Assembly (NCBI GenBank): GCA_963762565.1
Contig: CAVXLD010000005.1
Span: forward strand, 128,001 to 192,000
Direction of reading: 5' to 3'
DNA length: 64,000 nucleotides
Source: an uncultured Verrucomicrobiae bacterium
GTDB lineage: Bacteria; Verrucomicrobiota; Verrucomicrobiia; Chthoniobacterales; JAFAMB01
Numbering within the stretch: the first letter of the stretch is position 1; each line of letters starts with the position of its first letter. Of the stretch, positions 19,036 through 29,145 are shown piece by piece. The notes under the pieces were generated by a model, which did not search any database, was not told the origin of the DNA, and saw nothing but the letters and a program-made list of their open reading frames with translations. The translations under genes and the position numbers were made by a program.

Positions 19036-20133
19036 TGGGTGTCCTAGGAATGAGCCGAGGCGTTTTAGGGGGTCGATTCGGTCGCAGAAGATTTTGAAGG
19101 TGGCAAGGATAGGGACGGCGAGGAGGGTGCCGGCTACGCCCCAGAGGTAAGACCAGACGAGGAATGAAAGGATGATGGCAATTGGGTTCAAGACTAGCCA
19201 GCGACCGAGAAAGAACGGGGTGGCCAGGTTACCCTCGATGGCGGCGCATAGAAGATAGGCGAGGGGTGGGAGGAAGGCGTACCAGACGGAGTCAAAGTGA
19301 ATCAGGGAAACCAGGGTCATGGCGATGATACCACCTGTAGCGCCAACGAACGGAACGTAGTGGAGCAAAAAGGCAGCAACGCCCCAGAGGATCGGGTGCG
19401 GTAATCCTAATAAGCCGACGGAGATCCAAACGCTCACTCCGAGTCCCACATTGATTAAAGTAACCGAGGTAAAGTAACGCGCTGCTGTCTGTTCAATCTC
19501 GGCCGCGATCTCAACGACGTTTTGTTTTTCGGATACGCCGGGGATCATATCGACCAATTTCTTGAGCAGCCGCGCTCCGTAAAGGAGCAGGAAGAAAGCG
19601 AGAACATGAACAACAATCAGTACCGCCAGGAAGGTTGGGGCGTTGCTCAGCGCGATTTCTATGATGCTGGGTCCACGGATACTGATCTCGTGTCCGCTGC
19701 CTGGGTTTAACCAATTGCTGAGGCGATCAATTGAGACGGACTCTTTTTGGACGGAATCGATGATCGGCGCCAGGCGCTCTTGGATATGATCGAGGTACTG
19801 AGGGAAATCAGGTTGGAATTGGGCCAACGAGAACCAGAGTGCGCCAAACAAACAGAGCAAGATGGTGAGGAAACCGAGGGTGCCGACGAGCGGCGCCCAA
19901 AACTCTGATAAACCAATTTTCCTCAGCCCGCGCGTCACGGGAGTCAGCAGAAATCCGAGAAACCCTGCAAGTACGATAGGGAGGAATAGGTCGACTGCGA
20001 CCTTGAGGGTGTAAAAGCAGGCAAAGACGAACAAGCCGACCACAGCAAAAGAGAACCAAGGTTTGATGAGCCGGCCGATCGCGATCGGGTACGAAGCGGG
20101 AGGGCTGTCGTTTTCGTTGGGGGGCTGATCCAT
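19033..20133 (-). CDS. AI-2E family transporter
   Basis: Multiple TM; HYVPFVG, EGNLATP and GTLLAVP motifs. Confidence 0.88.
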   Translation of the reverse strand: MDQPPNENDSPPASYPIAIGRLIKPWFSFAVVGLFVFACFYTLKVAVDLFLPIVLAGFLGFLLTPVTRGLRKIGLSEFWAPLVGTLGFLTILLCLFGALWFSLAQFQPDFPQYLDHIQERLAPIIDSVQKESVSIDRLSNWLNPGSGHEISIRGPSIIEIALSNAPTFLAVLIVVHVLAFFLLLYGARLLKKLVDMIPGVSEKQNVVEIAAEIEQTAARYFTSVTLINVGLGVSVWISVGLLGLPHPILWGVAAFLLHYVPFVGATGGIIAMTLVSLIHFDSVWYAFLPPLAYLLCAAIEGNLATPFFLGRWLVLNPIAIILSFLVWSYLWGVAGTLLAVPILATFKIFCDRIDPLKRLGSFLGHP

Positions 20134-20147
20134 TCTGGGGATCCTTT

Positions 20148-20362
20148 AATAGCCGCAAAAGAGCACAAAGAACGCAAAAAAAAGAGCGAAAATCTCACGC
20201 AAAGCCGCAAAGGTTAAGACGTAAGCCGGAATAGCCGCAAAAAGGCGCAAAAAAAAGGAGTTCGGGGGTGCCCAGTAACTCCTGCCTTTGTGGCCTTTGT
20301 GATCTTACTGTGAAAGTCATTCTGTCTTACGTCTTAATCTTTGCGTCTTTGCGTGAGATTTT
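20148..20362. repeat. GCCGCAAAA and CGCAAAG arrays in inverted arrangement
   Basis: aaatctcacgcaaagccgcaaaggttaagacgtaag ... cttacgtcttaatctttgcgtctttgcgtgagattt. Confidence 0.8.
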
Positions 20363-20549
20363 TCTTAGTGTGGCGGCTTTCTCGGCCTCGTCCCGTGGTT
20401 GCGGGAAGGCAGCGGTCCAGGGTGGAGCGAAGCGCTTGCGCGCAGGCGATAACACCGTCATTTTAGGGGGATTGTTGAACAATCGTGTTGCATTCTGTGC
20501 CGGCTCGGAGTTGCCGGTGAATTTTTCTCATGGAGGTGCACACGCCTAG

Positions 20550-23339
20550 ATGGCTGAACCGATTGAATTCGAGCATTATCGGCTTCTGCAAAATGAAGAC
20601 GGCTCCCTCGTCGAACTCGGACGAGGCGCCATGGGTATCACCTACAAAGCATTCGATAAGAATCTGCGGTGTGACGTGGCTCTCAAGGTTATCTCGGATC
20701 GATTATTAGAGGATTCGACTGCGTCCGGCCGTTTTCTGAGGGAGGCACGAAGCGCGGCCAAGCTTCGGCATCGGAACGTGGCTTCGATATTTCACCTTGG
20801 TCAACATGGCTCGAGCTATTTCTACGCCATGGAATTCATCAACGGCGAAACGGTCTCAGAGAGGGTGAAACGGGAGGGGCCGCTTCCCTGTCTTTTTGCC
20901 CTGGAAATCGCACAGCAAGTGGCTTCCGCGTTAATCGCGGCGGAAGCCCAACACCTGGTTCATCGCGATATTAAGCCATCCAACCTGATGCTGGTCATGG
21001 AAGGTGACGGCGAAACTATTGTTAAAGTTATTGATTTTGGACTAGCCAAATCGATCCTGATCCAATCCAGCGCGGGGCTTACCTCGGCCGGGTTTGTCGG
21101 TACTCCCTACTTCGCGAGTCCAGAACAACTCGACCGGCAGGCTGAAGATATCCGATCGGATATTTACTCCTTGGGGGTGACGTTGTGGTTCATGCTAACC
21201 GGTAAACCGACGTTCGTGGGATCGATTGCCAGTGTGATCGCGCAGCATTTCGATCGCTCGCCGCCATTCGATGACTTGGCCATCCTGCCGCGCGAAGTCG
21301 TAACCGTGTTGCGACAAATGTTAGAGAAAGATCGAGAAAGCCGCGTCCAGACGCCAGTCGTGTTACGGGCGGAGTTGAAGGCTTGCATTGAAAAGCTTCA
21401 AAGACGCCAAGCACCGGAAGAATCATCCATCTCAGGGGATGTTAATTTTGAGACAATCGCAATAAGCGCCACTCCGCGGCCTGATTCCTTGCCGGCACCT
21501 GGTGAAATGGTTAAGGGACGTTACCGGCTGATCGAAGATCTGGACCCCGCGAATCCGCGACACACTTTTTACGGTGAAGACCAGAACACTGGGACCCGAG
21601 TCGGTCTACGGGTCTTTCGGGCGCCGGAACCGATTTTAAGTCAGCTTCAGGAGGAAGCGAAACGAATCCAGGCGGTCGCTCATCGCAATTTCCTAAAGGT
21701 GTTTACGGTTGAACAAGAGGGATCCTACTGTTTGGCTGTATACGAGTGGCTGGAGGGATTCGCCTTGTCCGATCTGCTGCGGGTGCGTCGAACGCTGACA
21801 TTGAGGGAGGTTTGCTTATTGCTCGGGCAGATCGCGCCGGCTGTGGATGCGGCGCTGGCTGCGGATCTCAGGCTCGAAGTGGGCCTCCGCCAGATCGTGG
21901 TTCATTTCCCGGACGGATTCGGTGAGCCATCAGAAGATATCGTCCTCCGGTGTCCGCTGGATGAATGGCCAGCGTTTGTCGTCAAGATGGACGCATTGGC
22001 GGGTGCCCATGAGCCGGGTGATACGGCGACAGGCGGCGAACCGGGAATCGGCGGAGCTTCACGGAATGAACAGGGTGTCATCCGGGTTGGTCTGCTGGTT
22101 TACGAGATTCTGGGCGGTAAACCGGGTGGGTTTACACCGCTTGCGAATGCGTCCGAGGATGAAAACCGGGTGCTGCGCCGGTGTTTAACACCAGGACAAA
22201 GCTTTGGGACGGCGATCGAATTTTACCAGGCATTGACGGCTCTCCCGGTTGAGCGGCCTGCGCTTCAAGCGGTACGAACCTCAAGTCCCGGCGCTGTTCC
22301 TGAGCAAGATCCCGCTGCTCAGACCTTAGCGGGAGGAACCGTTGGTAAAGGGCCTGCGAATGTTGGAACCGCGTCCGGCACTGCAGCCCGTAAACGAGCA
22401 TCCCACCCATGGATCTATCTTCTTTTAGCGGTGATCGGATGTGCCGGTTTAGGTTGGTGGCTCGTCTCCACGTCGCTAAAGCCGCCAGTTCAGCCTGCAA
22501 TCATCAAAGCGAAACCTACGGCGAAATCAGTTCCCGTGAGTCGAGCGCCACTGGTCGCCGGACAGCCGTGGTCGAACAGTCTCGATATGAAGTTCGTACC
22601 GATGGGCTTGATTCACTTTGCGGTTTGGCAAACGCGGGTGCACGATTTTGCCGCCTTTGTCGGAGCAACCGGCTATGACGCCACGGGAGGGATGTCATCC
22701 GTAGTGACACAGAACGGTTTCAAGCTGAATTCGCTCACTTGGAAGGAACCGGGATTTGTGCAGACGCCGGATGATCCTGTCGTCGGTATCAGCTGGGAAG
22801 ATGCTGGACAATTTTGTGATTGGTTAACTCGAAAGGAACGGGCAGAAGGGATCTTGTCCGCGTTTCAGCGATATCGTTTACCGACCGATGCTGAGTGGAG
22901 CTTAGCGGTCGGGTTAACGCGGGAAACCGGAGGTACTCCGGAGGAACGAAGCGGAGGCGTTAAGAACGTTTACCCTTGGGGAAATCGATTTCCTCCGGCA
23001 AACGATGTCAGTAACTATGCAGGCAGCGAATCGCGAACGGGCGCGCCGCAGGATTGGGCGGTTATAGCCGGCTATCATGATGCTTACCCTCGTACGGGTC
23101 CGGTAACTGCATTCGCGCCTAACCAGGAAGGAGTTTCTAGTTTGGGCGGTAACGTATGGGAATGGTGCGAAGACAAGTACAAAGCCGGTCTGAATTGGCG
23201 AACCTTGCGAGGGGGTTCGTGGGCGACGTCGCGGGCCGAGGAAACGCTCTCGTCTTATCGCAGGGGTTACGATCCTTATTTTCGCAGTGACGATGTCGGT
23301 TTTCGATGTGTTATCGCCTCCGACGGAGAACATGAATGA
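20550..23339 (+). CDS. Hanks-type Ser/Thr kinase + degenerate second kinase-like domain + TM + FGE-sulfatase (SUMF1/C-type lectin fold) domain
   Basis: LGRGAMG, VALK, HRDIKPSN, DFG and GTPYFASPEQ; second domain lacks HRD/DFG; TM WIYLLLAVIGCAGLGWWL; RLPTDAEW, GNVWEW, RGGSW and GFRC. Confidence 0.9.
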   Translation: MAEPIEFEHYRLLQNEDGSLVELGRGAMGITYKAFDKNLRCDVALKVISDRLLEDSTASGRFLREARSAAKLRHRNVASIFHLGQHGSSYFYAMEFINGETVSERVKREGPLPCLFALEIAQQVASALIAAEAQHLVHRDIKPSNLMLVMEGDGETIVKVIDFGLAKSILIQSSAGLTSAGFVGTPYFASPEQLDRQAEDIRSDIYSLGVTLWFMLTGKPTFVGSIASVIAQHFDRSPPFDDLAILPREVVTVLRQMLEKDRESRVQTPVVLRAELKACIEKLQRRQAPEESSISGDVNFETIAISATPRPDSLPAPGEMVKGRYRLIEDLDPANPRHTFYGEDQNTGTRVGLRVFRAPEPILSQLQEEAKRIQAVAHRNFLKVFTVEQEGSYCLAVYEWLEGFALSDLLRVRRTLTLREVCLLLGQIAPAVDAALAADLRLEVGLRQIVVHFPDGFGEPSEDIVLRCPLDEWPAFVVKMDALAGAHEPGDTATGGEPGIGGASRNEQGVIRVGLLVYEILGGKPGGFTPLANASEDENRVLRRCLTPGQSFGTAIEFYQALTALPVERPALQAVRTSSPGAVPEQDPAAQTLAGGTVGKGPANVGTASGTAARKRASHPWIYLLLAVIGCAGLGWWLVSTSLKPPVQPAIIKAKPTAKSVPVSRAPLVAGQPWSNSLDMKFVPMGLIHFAVWQTRVHDFAAFVGATGYDATGGMSSVVTQNGFKLNSLTWKEPGFVQTPDDPVVGISWEDAGQFCDWLTRKERAEGILSAFQRYRLPTDAEWSLAVGLTRETGGTPEERSGGVKNVYPWGNRFPPANDVSNYAGSESRTGAPQDWAVIAGYHDAYPRTGPVTAFAPNQEGVSSLGGNVWEWCEDKYKAGLNWRTLRGGSWATSRAEETLSSYRRGYDPYFRSDDVGFRCVIASDGEHE

Positions 23340-24244
23340 AATTGCTTAAGTTTAACCTCGTCTTCATCCCGGTCCTGCTCATCTGTTTCGGTGCGATCGG
23401 TTACGTTACTGAACAAGCATTGGTCGAATCCGCGCGCCAGCACGTGGAGCAGAATGCCCGTATTATAATGGAGGCAGCTCTTTCCAGCCGGACGTACACC
23501 ACCAAACAGGTTGCTCCGCTGCTTCAGCAAAAGAATTTTAAACTGCAGACGGCGGTGGCGGAACTTCGCAAGACGATCGAAGACGTACCGAAATCAGTCG
23601 ATCAAAATGTTCCAAACGATCTTCGAGCCAGCGTCAAGCGCGGGTTCCAGCTTGGACAACAACATGCCCTGAGCGCGTTAGAAGATTTCTTGAATTCAAT
23701 TAAAGGTAAGTCTGACGAACTGTTGGATACCGAGTTCCACCCGCAATCCGTGCCGGCGTTCGCGGCGACGGAAATCTTTGGGTATCTCCGAGAGAAATTT
23801 CCCAACTACTTTTATAAAGAAGCAACGCTTAACCCGACTAATCCGCGAGATCGGGCGACAGATTGGGAGACGGATATCGTCAATCAATTTCGCGGGGACA
23901 CGGAACACAGCGAGATGTCTGCTACTCGCGATACACCTAATGGGATATCGCTGTTCTTAGCTCGTCCGATCAAAGTCAACAATGTTAGTTGTCTGGAGTG
24001 CCATACCACCGCGGAAAAGGCACCTGTGGAAATGATAAAGCTCTATGGCACGGCCAATGGATTTGGTTGGAAACTTGACGATATAATCGGAGCCCAGATT
24101 GTTTCGGTGCCGTTAGCGGTTCCGTTGCAGATAGCACAAGGGGCTTTTCTCAATTTGTTATGGTGGTTTGTCGGCGCGTTTCTAATGATTTTAATCGTGG
24201 CTAATGTAATGGTCTTTGTGCTCGCGAGGGCGAAGCGCGGATAG
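23336..24244 (+). CDS. DUF3365/Tll0287-like c-type heme periplasmic sensor protein (2 TM, no cytoplasmic output)
   Basis: PQSVPAFAA, YKEATLNPTNPRD, CLECH, YGTANGFGWK and GAQIVSVP motifs; ATGA overlap with the kinase gene. Confidence 0.85.
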   Translation: MKLLKFNLVFIPVLLICFGAIGYVTEQALVESARQHVEQNARIIMEAALSSRTYTTKQVAPLLQQKNFKLQTAVAELRKTIEDVPKSVDQNVPNDLRASVKRGFQLGQQHALSALEDFLNSIKGKSDELLDTEFHPQSVPAFAATEIFGYLREKFPNYFYKEATLNPTNPRDRATDWETDIVNQFRGDTEHSEMSATRDTPNGISLFLARPIKVNNVSCLECHTTAEKAPVEMIKLYGTANGFGWKLDDIIGAQIVSVPLAVPLQIAQGAFLNLLWWFVGAFLMILIVANVMVFVLARAKRG

Positions 24245-24248
24245 AAGA

Positions 24249-24563
24249 ATCTAATCCTCCGCGAAAAAGGGACCGCGAAATGGACGCGAATACAATCCGA
24301 ACCGCAGATGAACGCAGATAGGGACCGCCACCGTGGAGCGCGCCCGGCTTGCGAGGCCGACGGAGCCGCGTAGCGGCGAAATATTTATAGCCTGTGTGAA
24401 GCCCTAGGTATGCCGTGTCTAGCGCTGGGCCGCGGCTCGGCGCGTCGATCGGTCTAACCACATCCAGTCTAAAGCAACGATCTAATCCTCCGCGAAAGTC
24501 AGGAGAATTTCGGAGCTGCGGTTCGTCTGTCTTTCCTTTGCGCCTTTGCGTCTTTGCGTGAGA
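24249..24563. repeat. Composite mosaic: 18-bp direct repeat, REP, degenerate split-REP half and CTTTGCG array
   Basis: atctaatcctccgcgaaa at 24249-24266 and 24480-24497; GGCTCGGC (24434), 69 nt, CGGAGC (24511); ctttgcgc-ctttgcgt-ctttgcgt. Confidence 0.75.
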
Positions 24564-24573
24564 ATACAGAGCT

Positions 24574-25431
24574 GTGGAAAATGTGCTGTGGCGTAACTCG
24601 AAGTGGGGTTCCAAGGGCATTTTGATCACGATCACTGGGTTGGCAGTGGTTTGGGTGATGGTCCCATTCCTGTGGGCGATCGATAACTCGATCAAATCGG
24701 ATGCCGACATCTTCAAGCCGGGAGCGATTATTCCGTTTCTGCAGTTCACTCCCAGGCTGGACATGTGGATCAAGGTGATCTTCGATCCGCAGCTTCAGAA
24801 ATGTTTAGGCAATAGCGCGTTGGTGGGACTGATCTCAACTGTTCTGGTGTTGTTGATCGGGACACCGGCTGCATACAGTCTCGCGCGGTTCGATTTTAGG
24901 CGAGTGAGCAGCAAAGATCTCGCTCTTTGGTTCTTGTCTCAGAGAGTCTTGCCGCCGGTAGTGGTGCTTTCGCCGTTTTACATCCTATTAGCTATGACCG
25001 GCCTAATTGATACCCGGCTGGGGCTGATCCTGCTCTATATCACGTTCAATTTGAATTTTTGTGTGATCATCATGCGGGACATTTTTCGTGATGTTAGCAA
25101 GGAAGTAGAAGAAGCCGCTCGGATTGAAGGAGCCTCGCTGTGGCAGGTGTTTTGGATGATTGCGTTGCCGCTCTCACTCGATGGCTTGGTGGTCACGGCT
25201 TTCATCGTTTTTGCGTTTTGTTGGAACGAAGCGTTGTTCGCATCGGCGGTGACGACGCAGAATGCGGTTACGATGCCAGCCTTTATTTTAGCTTCACGAG
25301 ATACGCAGGGGATCCGGTTCAATTTTGCTGCGGTTAATACGATAATCGCGATATCGCCTCCGGTATTGTTGTCGCTGTTTGTGCAGCGATATCTAGCACG
25401 AGGACTGTCGTTTGGCGCGGTGAAGGCATAG
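24574..25431 (+). CDS. Carbohydrate ABC transporter permease (MalG-like), orphan
   Basis: NS..V, GTPAAYSLAR, EAA loop (EEAARIEGAS), WNE and FVQRYLARGL. Confidence 0.9.
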   Translation: MENVLWRNSKWGSKGILITITGLAVVWVMVPFLWAIDNSIKSDADIFKPGAIIPFLQFTPRLDMWIKVIFDPQLQKCLGNSALVGLISTVLVLLIGTPAAYSLARFDFRRVSSKDLALWFLSQRVLPPVVVLSPFYILLAMTGLIDTRLGLILLYITFNLNFCVIIMRDIFRDVSKEVEEAARIEGASLWQVFWMIALPLSLDGLVVTAFIVFAFCWNEALFASAVTTQNAVTMPAFILASRDTQGIRFNFAAVNTIIAISPPVLLSLFVQRYLARGLSFGAVKA

Positions 25432-25526
25432 CGCGACGCGCTTACAGCGCTTCGCGAATAGCCGATAGCCAATAGCCAAAGGCGCGACACGCTCTCCTAG
25501 CTCCTAGATTCTAGCTCCTAGCTCCT
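25431..25526. repeat. GCCAATA and CTCCTAG heptamer arrays
   Basis: atagccgatagccaatagcc; ctcctagctcctagattctagctcctagctcct. Confidence 0.85.
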
Positions 25527-25582
25527 GTCTTAGCGAAAGCTGATGCGGCGGCCGACCAGGTGGAGCGCGACGCCGGGGATGG

Positions 25583-26104
25583 TTAGTTTCGGTTTTCCAG
25601 GCCATTGGCGGTCCTGGTCTTACGGATGGAGTCGACTTGTTTTAGGAGTTGGTCGCGCATCTGGGCTAGGCCGGCTACGATTTGGTCGTATTGCGATTTG
25701 TATTTGTCCCGAGGAGTTAGGGCATTCGCATGGGATTGATCCCAAGCGATCACGGCGTCAATCGTTTTGGCGAGCTGGGGAATATCGCCAAACGCGTATT
25801 CGTTGATGGGGCGGCCTATTTCTTCTGATAACGATGCGAAGACGGCGGGATCACCGTCCGGCTTTAGCGTGTCCTTGTTCGCTACGAGGTAGACTCGATA
25901 ACGGAGCTGGCCTGTGTAAAACCAAAAGACGGCGTCGTCTTTTTGTCCGGCAGCGAAAAGCTTCTGCGCCAGAATGTAAAAAGCGGTGGGATGTTGGTTT
26001 TCTATGCCGTTCTTGAGCTGGTCGATGGATAGGCTCGATAGGTTCACTGCGGAAGTTTTAAGGAAGGATAGGGTAAGGAAGGCTGACAGCAAGGCGGTGC
26101 GCAT
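25583..26104 (-). CDS. Hypothetical secreted protein
   Basis: Signal-peptide-like N-terminus; helical segment AVFWFYTGQLRYR; fills an otherwise empty gap. Confidence 0.7.
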   Translation of the reverse strand: MRTALLSAFLTLSFLKTSAVNLSSLSIDQLKNGIENQHPTAFYILAQKLFAAGQKDDAVFWFYTGQLRYRVYLVANKDTLKPDGDPAVFASLSEEIGRPINEYAFGDIPQLAKTIDAVIAWDQSHANALTPRDKYKSQYDQIVAGLAQMRDQLLKQVDSIRKTRTANGLENRN

Positions 26105-26134
26105 GGTGGGGCTTCGGGCTTACAGCTCGAAGCC

Positions 26135-26377
26135 ATAGCCAATAGCCGATAGCCGAGTGAAGCGCACGACAAATAACAGATGATGGAGTGGTGGAGTATC
26201 GGAGTGATGGAGTGGTGGTCCGGGGTAAGTGACGAAGGACCGAAAAGATAACAATTCAACACCTGCGGGATGAGCTTGGGTGGACCACTCGAAGCGCTAT
26301 CTGCGCGCTTCGAGAATGACCGATAGCCGATAGCCAATAGCCAAGAGGTAGGGAAGGGAGATTGGCTATTGGCTATT
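26135..26377. repeat. GCCAATA, TGACAAA and GGAGTGAT micro-repeat arrays
   Basis: Arrays at 26135-26154, 26167-26183, 26185-26217, 26320-26344 and 26361-26377. Confidence 0.8.
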
Positions 26378-27148
26378 CACGGAGTGTATGGCCTCGAGGC
26401 CGCTGGCTGTGATGGCCGGGGCCGCGGTCGCGGAGGACAGGAACGCGACTAGGGCTTTGGCGGCTGCCGGTTCTTTGGACCCGACTACTATTCCGGCGGA
26501 GAAGATGGTGATTTTTTGGAGTTCGTTGGGTAAGGGGCCTATTATTTCAATTCCTTTGATCGGCTTCAATTCGCTCATTTGCTGGAAACCGATCTCGGCT
26601 TCGCCGCGAGCGACCACTAATCCGACGGGTTCGGCTGGGATCATCCGGCTTTTACCAGAGACTTGATCGGCGATCCCAAGGCGTTGGAAGAGCTCGGTCG
26701 AAATGTATACGCCGCTGGCGCTATCGGAATAAGCAATTGATTTGGCATTCAGGAGTGTATTCCGCAAGGAATCGACATTGCTGATGTCTGGTCTCTGAGT
26801 ACCTGACCGGACAGCGGCTCCAATGGCTGAGCGAGCGAGGTCGACTCGGCTGTCAGGGATGATTTTGCCCTCGTCCACTAATTTGCTCAAGGCAGGGCCG
26901 ACCATGATCACGACGTCGATCGGTTCGTGACGAGCCAGTCGCTGAGGCACGGCGTCAGCAGTGTTCCCCATAGAGGGTCCCCAACTGGCGATGAGGTGGT
27001 TGCCGGTACTTTGTTCGAATTCGGGTGCGAGTGCACGGTAAGCGGCCGCGAAACCTCCGGAGCTAACGATGCGGATGTCAGTTGCTCTGGATAGACCGCA
27101 AAGGGAGAAAAGGAGAGCGACAAGGAATGGGAGGCGCGTGAAGAGCAT
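26366..27148 (-). CDS. ModA-like (molybdate/organic anion) substrate-binding protein, orphan
   Basis: Signal peptide; SSGGF, WGPSMG, SIAYSDSASG and GEAEIGFQQMSEL. Confidence 0.85.
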   Translation of the reverse strand: MLFTRLPFLVALLFSLCGLSRATDIRIVSSGGFAAAYRALAPEFEQSTGNHLIASWGPSMGNTADAVPQRLARHEPIDVVIMVGPALSKLVDEGKIIPDSRVDLARSAIGAAVRSGTQRPDISNVDSLRNTLLNAKSIAYSDSASGVYISTELFQRLGIADQVSGKSRMIPAEPVGLVVARGEAEIGFQQMSELKPIKGIEIIGPLPNELQKITIFSAGIVVGSKEPAAAKALVAFLSSATAAPAITASGLEAIHSVNSQ

Positions 27149-27172
27149 ATGGGAGAAGGAGTACGGGGAGTT

Positions 27173-27422
27173 GGTAGGGCGAGGCTCCCGAAAGATCAAC
27201 CGGGAATCGCAGCGCAAAACAACGTTTCGTCGGCGGCGGAGAGCCTGGCAGTGCAGAGGTGAAAAGTGACTGGTGATTGGTGGGAGACTCAGTGGACCTA
27301 GTGGACTGAGTCGACCGAGTGGACAAAAAGAAGGGTGTGGTGGGCCGCGGGGCGTCTCCTAGCTCCAAGATTCTAGCTCCTAGCTCCTTTTTTGCGCTTT
27401 TTGTGTCTTTTTGCGGCTATTC
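27173..27422. repeat. Truncated split-REP half followed by TGATTGG, GTGGAC, CTCCTAG and TTTTGCGGC arrays
   Basis: GGTAGGGCGAGGCTCCC at 27173; the next ~44 nt align without gaps to the core of pair 2 (11850). Confidence 0.8.
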
Positions 27423-27427
27423 CGGAT

Positions 27428-27455
27428 TTGTCAGGTGCGTTGCTTGAGCTAACCT
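27428..27455 (+). promoter_or_regulatory. Putative sigma70 promoter, leaderless (TTGTCA-16-TAACCT)
   Basis: The -10-like box lies 7 nt before ATG 27463. Confidence 0.4.
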
Positions 27456-27462
27456 CGGTTCC

Positions 27463-29145
27463 ATGGGAACGCAGAAAGCAAGGGGTGCGGAAATCCTGCT
27501 CGAGATTTTACGCTCGGAGGGTACCAGATTCATTTTTGGGAATCCGGGTACGACTGAGCTTCCTCTGATCGACGCGCTAATTGTTAATCCGGATTTTCAT
27601 TACGTCTGGGGCCTGCAAGAAGCGACGGTTGTTAGTATGGCCGACGGCTATTCTCAGGCCTCGGGTAAACCGGCCTTTGTGAATCTGCACACTTCCGGGG
27701 GGCTGGGCCATGGGATGGGAGCGATCATGAACGCGAAGATCGCTCGGGTGCCGCTGGTAATTACCGCCGGCCAACAGGACCTCCGGCATATTCTGGCTGA
27801 TCCTTTGCTGGCAGCGGATCTGGTGCAAATCGCGGCTCCGGCGGCCAAGTGGTGTTTCGAGCCGAATTCGTTAGATGATTTGCCTCTGATACTGCGCCGG
27901 GCTTTTCATAGTTCAATAACTCCTCCTCGCGGCCCGGTGTTCTTGTCGCTACCCATGAATATCTTGGACGAGGTGGGCTCGCCGCGGGTGCTTCCCCCAA
28001 GCCGGATTGAACTTTCCAGCGTCGCTGTTGGGGTCAACGAATTGGCAGCCGGGCTCCTGAAATTCGATCGGTTCCGAACAGTTATTCTGGCCGGGAATGA
28101 TATTGCGGAGGTCGGGGTAGGAAAGGCGGCGGCTCGAGTGGCTCAATTGCTCGGTGCGCCAGTATACGGCGCTTCCTGGCCGTCAGTTAATAATTATCCT
28201 TCTATTGATCCTTTCTGGAGAGGGACACTGCCAACGACCGCTAAGGGTATCTCAGAAATTCTGGGTCGATACGATTGTTTGTTGGCGTTAGGCGGGAAGA
28301 GTTTGATCTCGATCGTTTATACGATGCGGGATCCGATCCCTGAATCGATCGAGTTCTATCATATATCAGAAGACGCTAACGACCTGGGGTATAACGATGC
28401 TCCTAAGCTCGGTATTTTTGGGAATGTGAGGGCGACGCTTGAAGCGTTAGCGGATGAGTTAGAACTCAAGGTGTCGCCGGCTACGATCAAACAAAACATC
28501 GAAGTTGCCCAAAAAGAAAAGGACGCCCTTTGGCGCGGGCTTATGGACCAGGCAGAGGCTGCGGTCAATGATGATCGCAGGATCGCGCCGATTGTTGCCA
28601 CCAGGGAAGTGTTACGCCCATTGCCCGATGGGTTCTTGCTGGTAGACGAAGCGCTATGCGCGAATCCCTTTACTCAGCCGTTGCACCGTTCGACCGGTGG
28701 ACGCCAATATTTCCATAATCGAGGAGGAGGACTGGGCTGGGGTATGCCAGCAGCGGTTGGGGTATCGTTAGCGCGCGATCGAGCACCGGTGCTTTGTGTG
28801 GTTGGTGATGGATCCGCGATGTATTCGCCTCAAGCGCTCTGGAGCGCCGTGCACGAGAACGCGCCGGTGATTTACGTGGTGTTTAATAATCTCGAGTACG
28901 GCATCTTGAAAAACTTCATGGTTAGCCAGCCGCAGTACAATTCGAATCAGCACGGTTTTTTGGCGATGGATCTTTGCCAGCCAAACGTTGATTTCCAGTC
29001 CTTAGCACGATCGATGGGGGTAAAGGCGACGTTAGTGAATTCTTACCGAGAAATTAGCGAAGCGGTTGAGACTGCGATCAAGGCTGGGAAGCCGCATTTG
29101 ATCGAGATTCCGATCAAGGGGATAGGCGGGGAGGTCGTGCAGTGA
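27463..29145 (+). CDS. ThDP-dependent enzyme, benzoylformate decarboxylase-like
   Basis: FGNPGTTELP, MADGY, NLHT, GGLGWGMP and the GDGS...NN ThDP motif. Confidence 0.88.
   Translation: MGTQKARGAEILLEILRSEGTRFIFGNPGTTELPLIDALIVNPDFHYVWGLQEATVVSMADGYSQASGKPAFVNLHTSGGLGHGMGAIMNAKIARVPLVITAGQQDLRHILADPLLAADLVQIAAPAAKWCFEPNSLDDLPLILRRAFHSSITPPRGPVFLSLPMNILDEVGSPRVLPPSRIELSSVAVGVNELAAGLLKFDRFRTVILAGNDIAEVGVGKAAARVAQLLGAPVYGASWPSVNNYPSIDPFWRGTLPTTAKGISEILGRYDCLLALGGKSLISIVYTMRDPIPESIEFYHISEDANDLGYNDAPKLGIFGNVRATLEALADELELKVSPATIKQNIEVAQKEKDALWRGLMDQAEAAVNDDRRIAPIVATREVLRPLPDGFLLVDEALCANPFTQPLHRSTGGRQYFHNRGGGLGWGMPAAVGVSLARDRAPVLCVVGDGSAMYSPQALWSAVHENAPVIYVVFNNLEYGILKNFMVSQPQYNSNQHGFLAMDLCQPNVDFQSLARSMGVKATLVNSYREISEAVETAIKAGKPHLIEIPIKGIGGEVVQ

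Noticed and set aside
23100..23339. Diversity-generating retroelement target (FGE-sulfatase/C-type lectin C-terminus)
   Set aside because: No template repeat, reverse transcriptase or Avd gene was seen in the window. A remote DGR cannot be excluded without a genome search for a near-copy of this segment differing at adenines.
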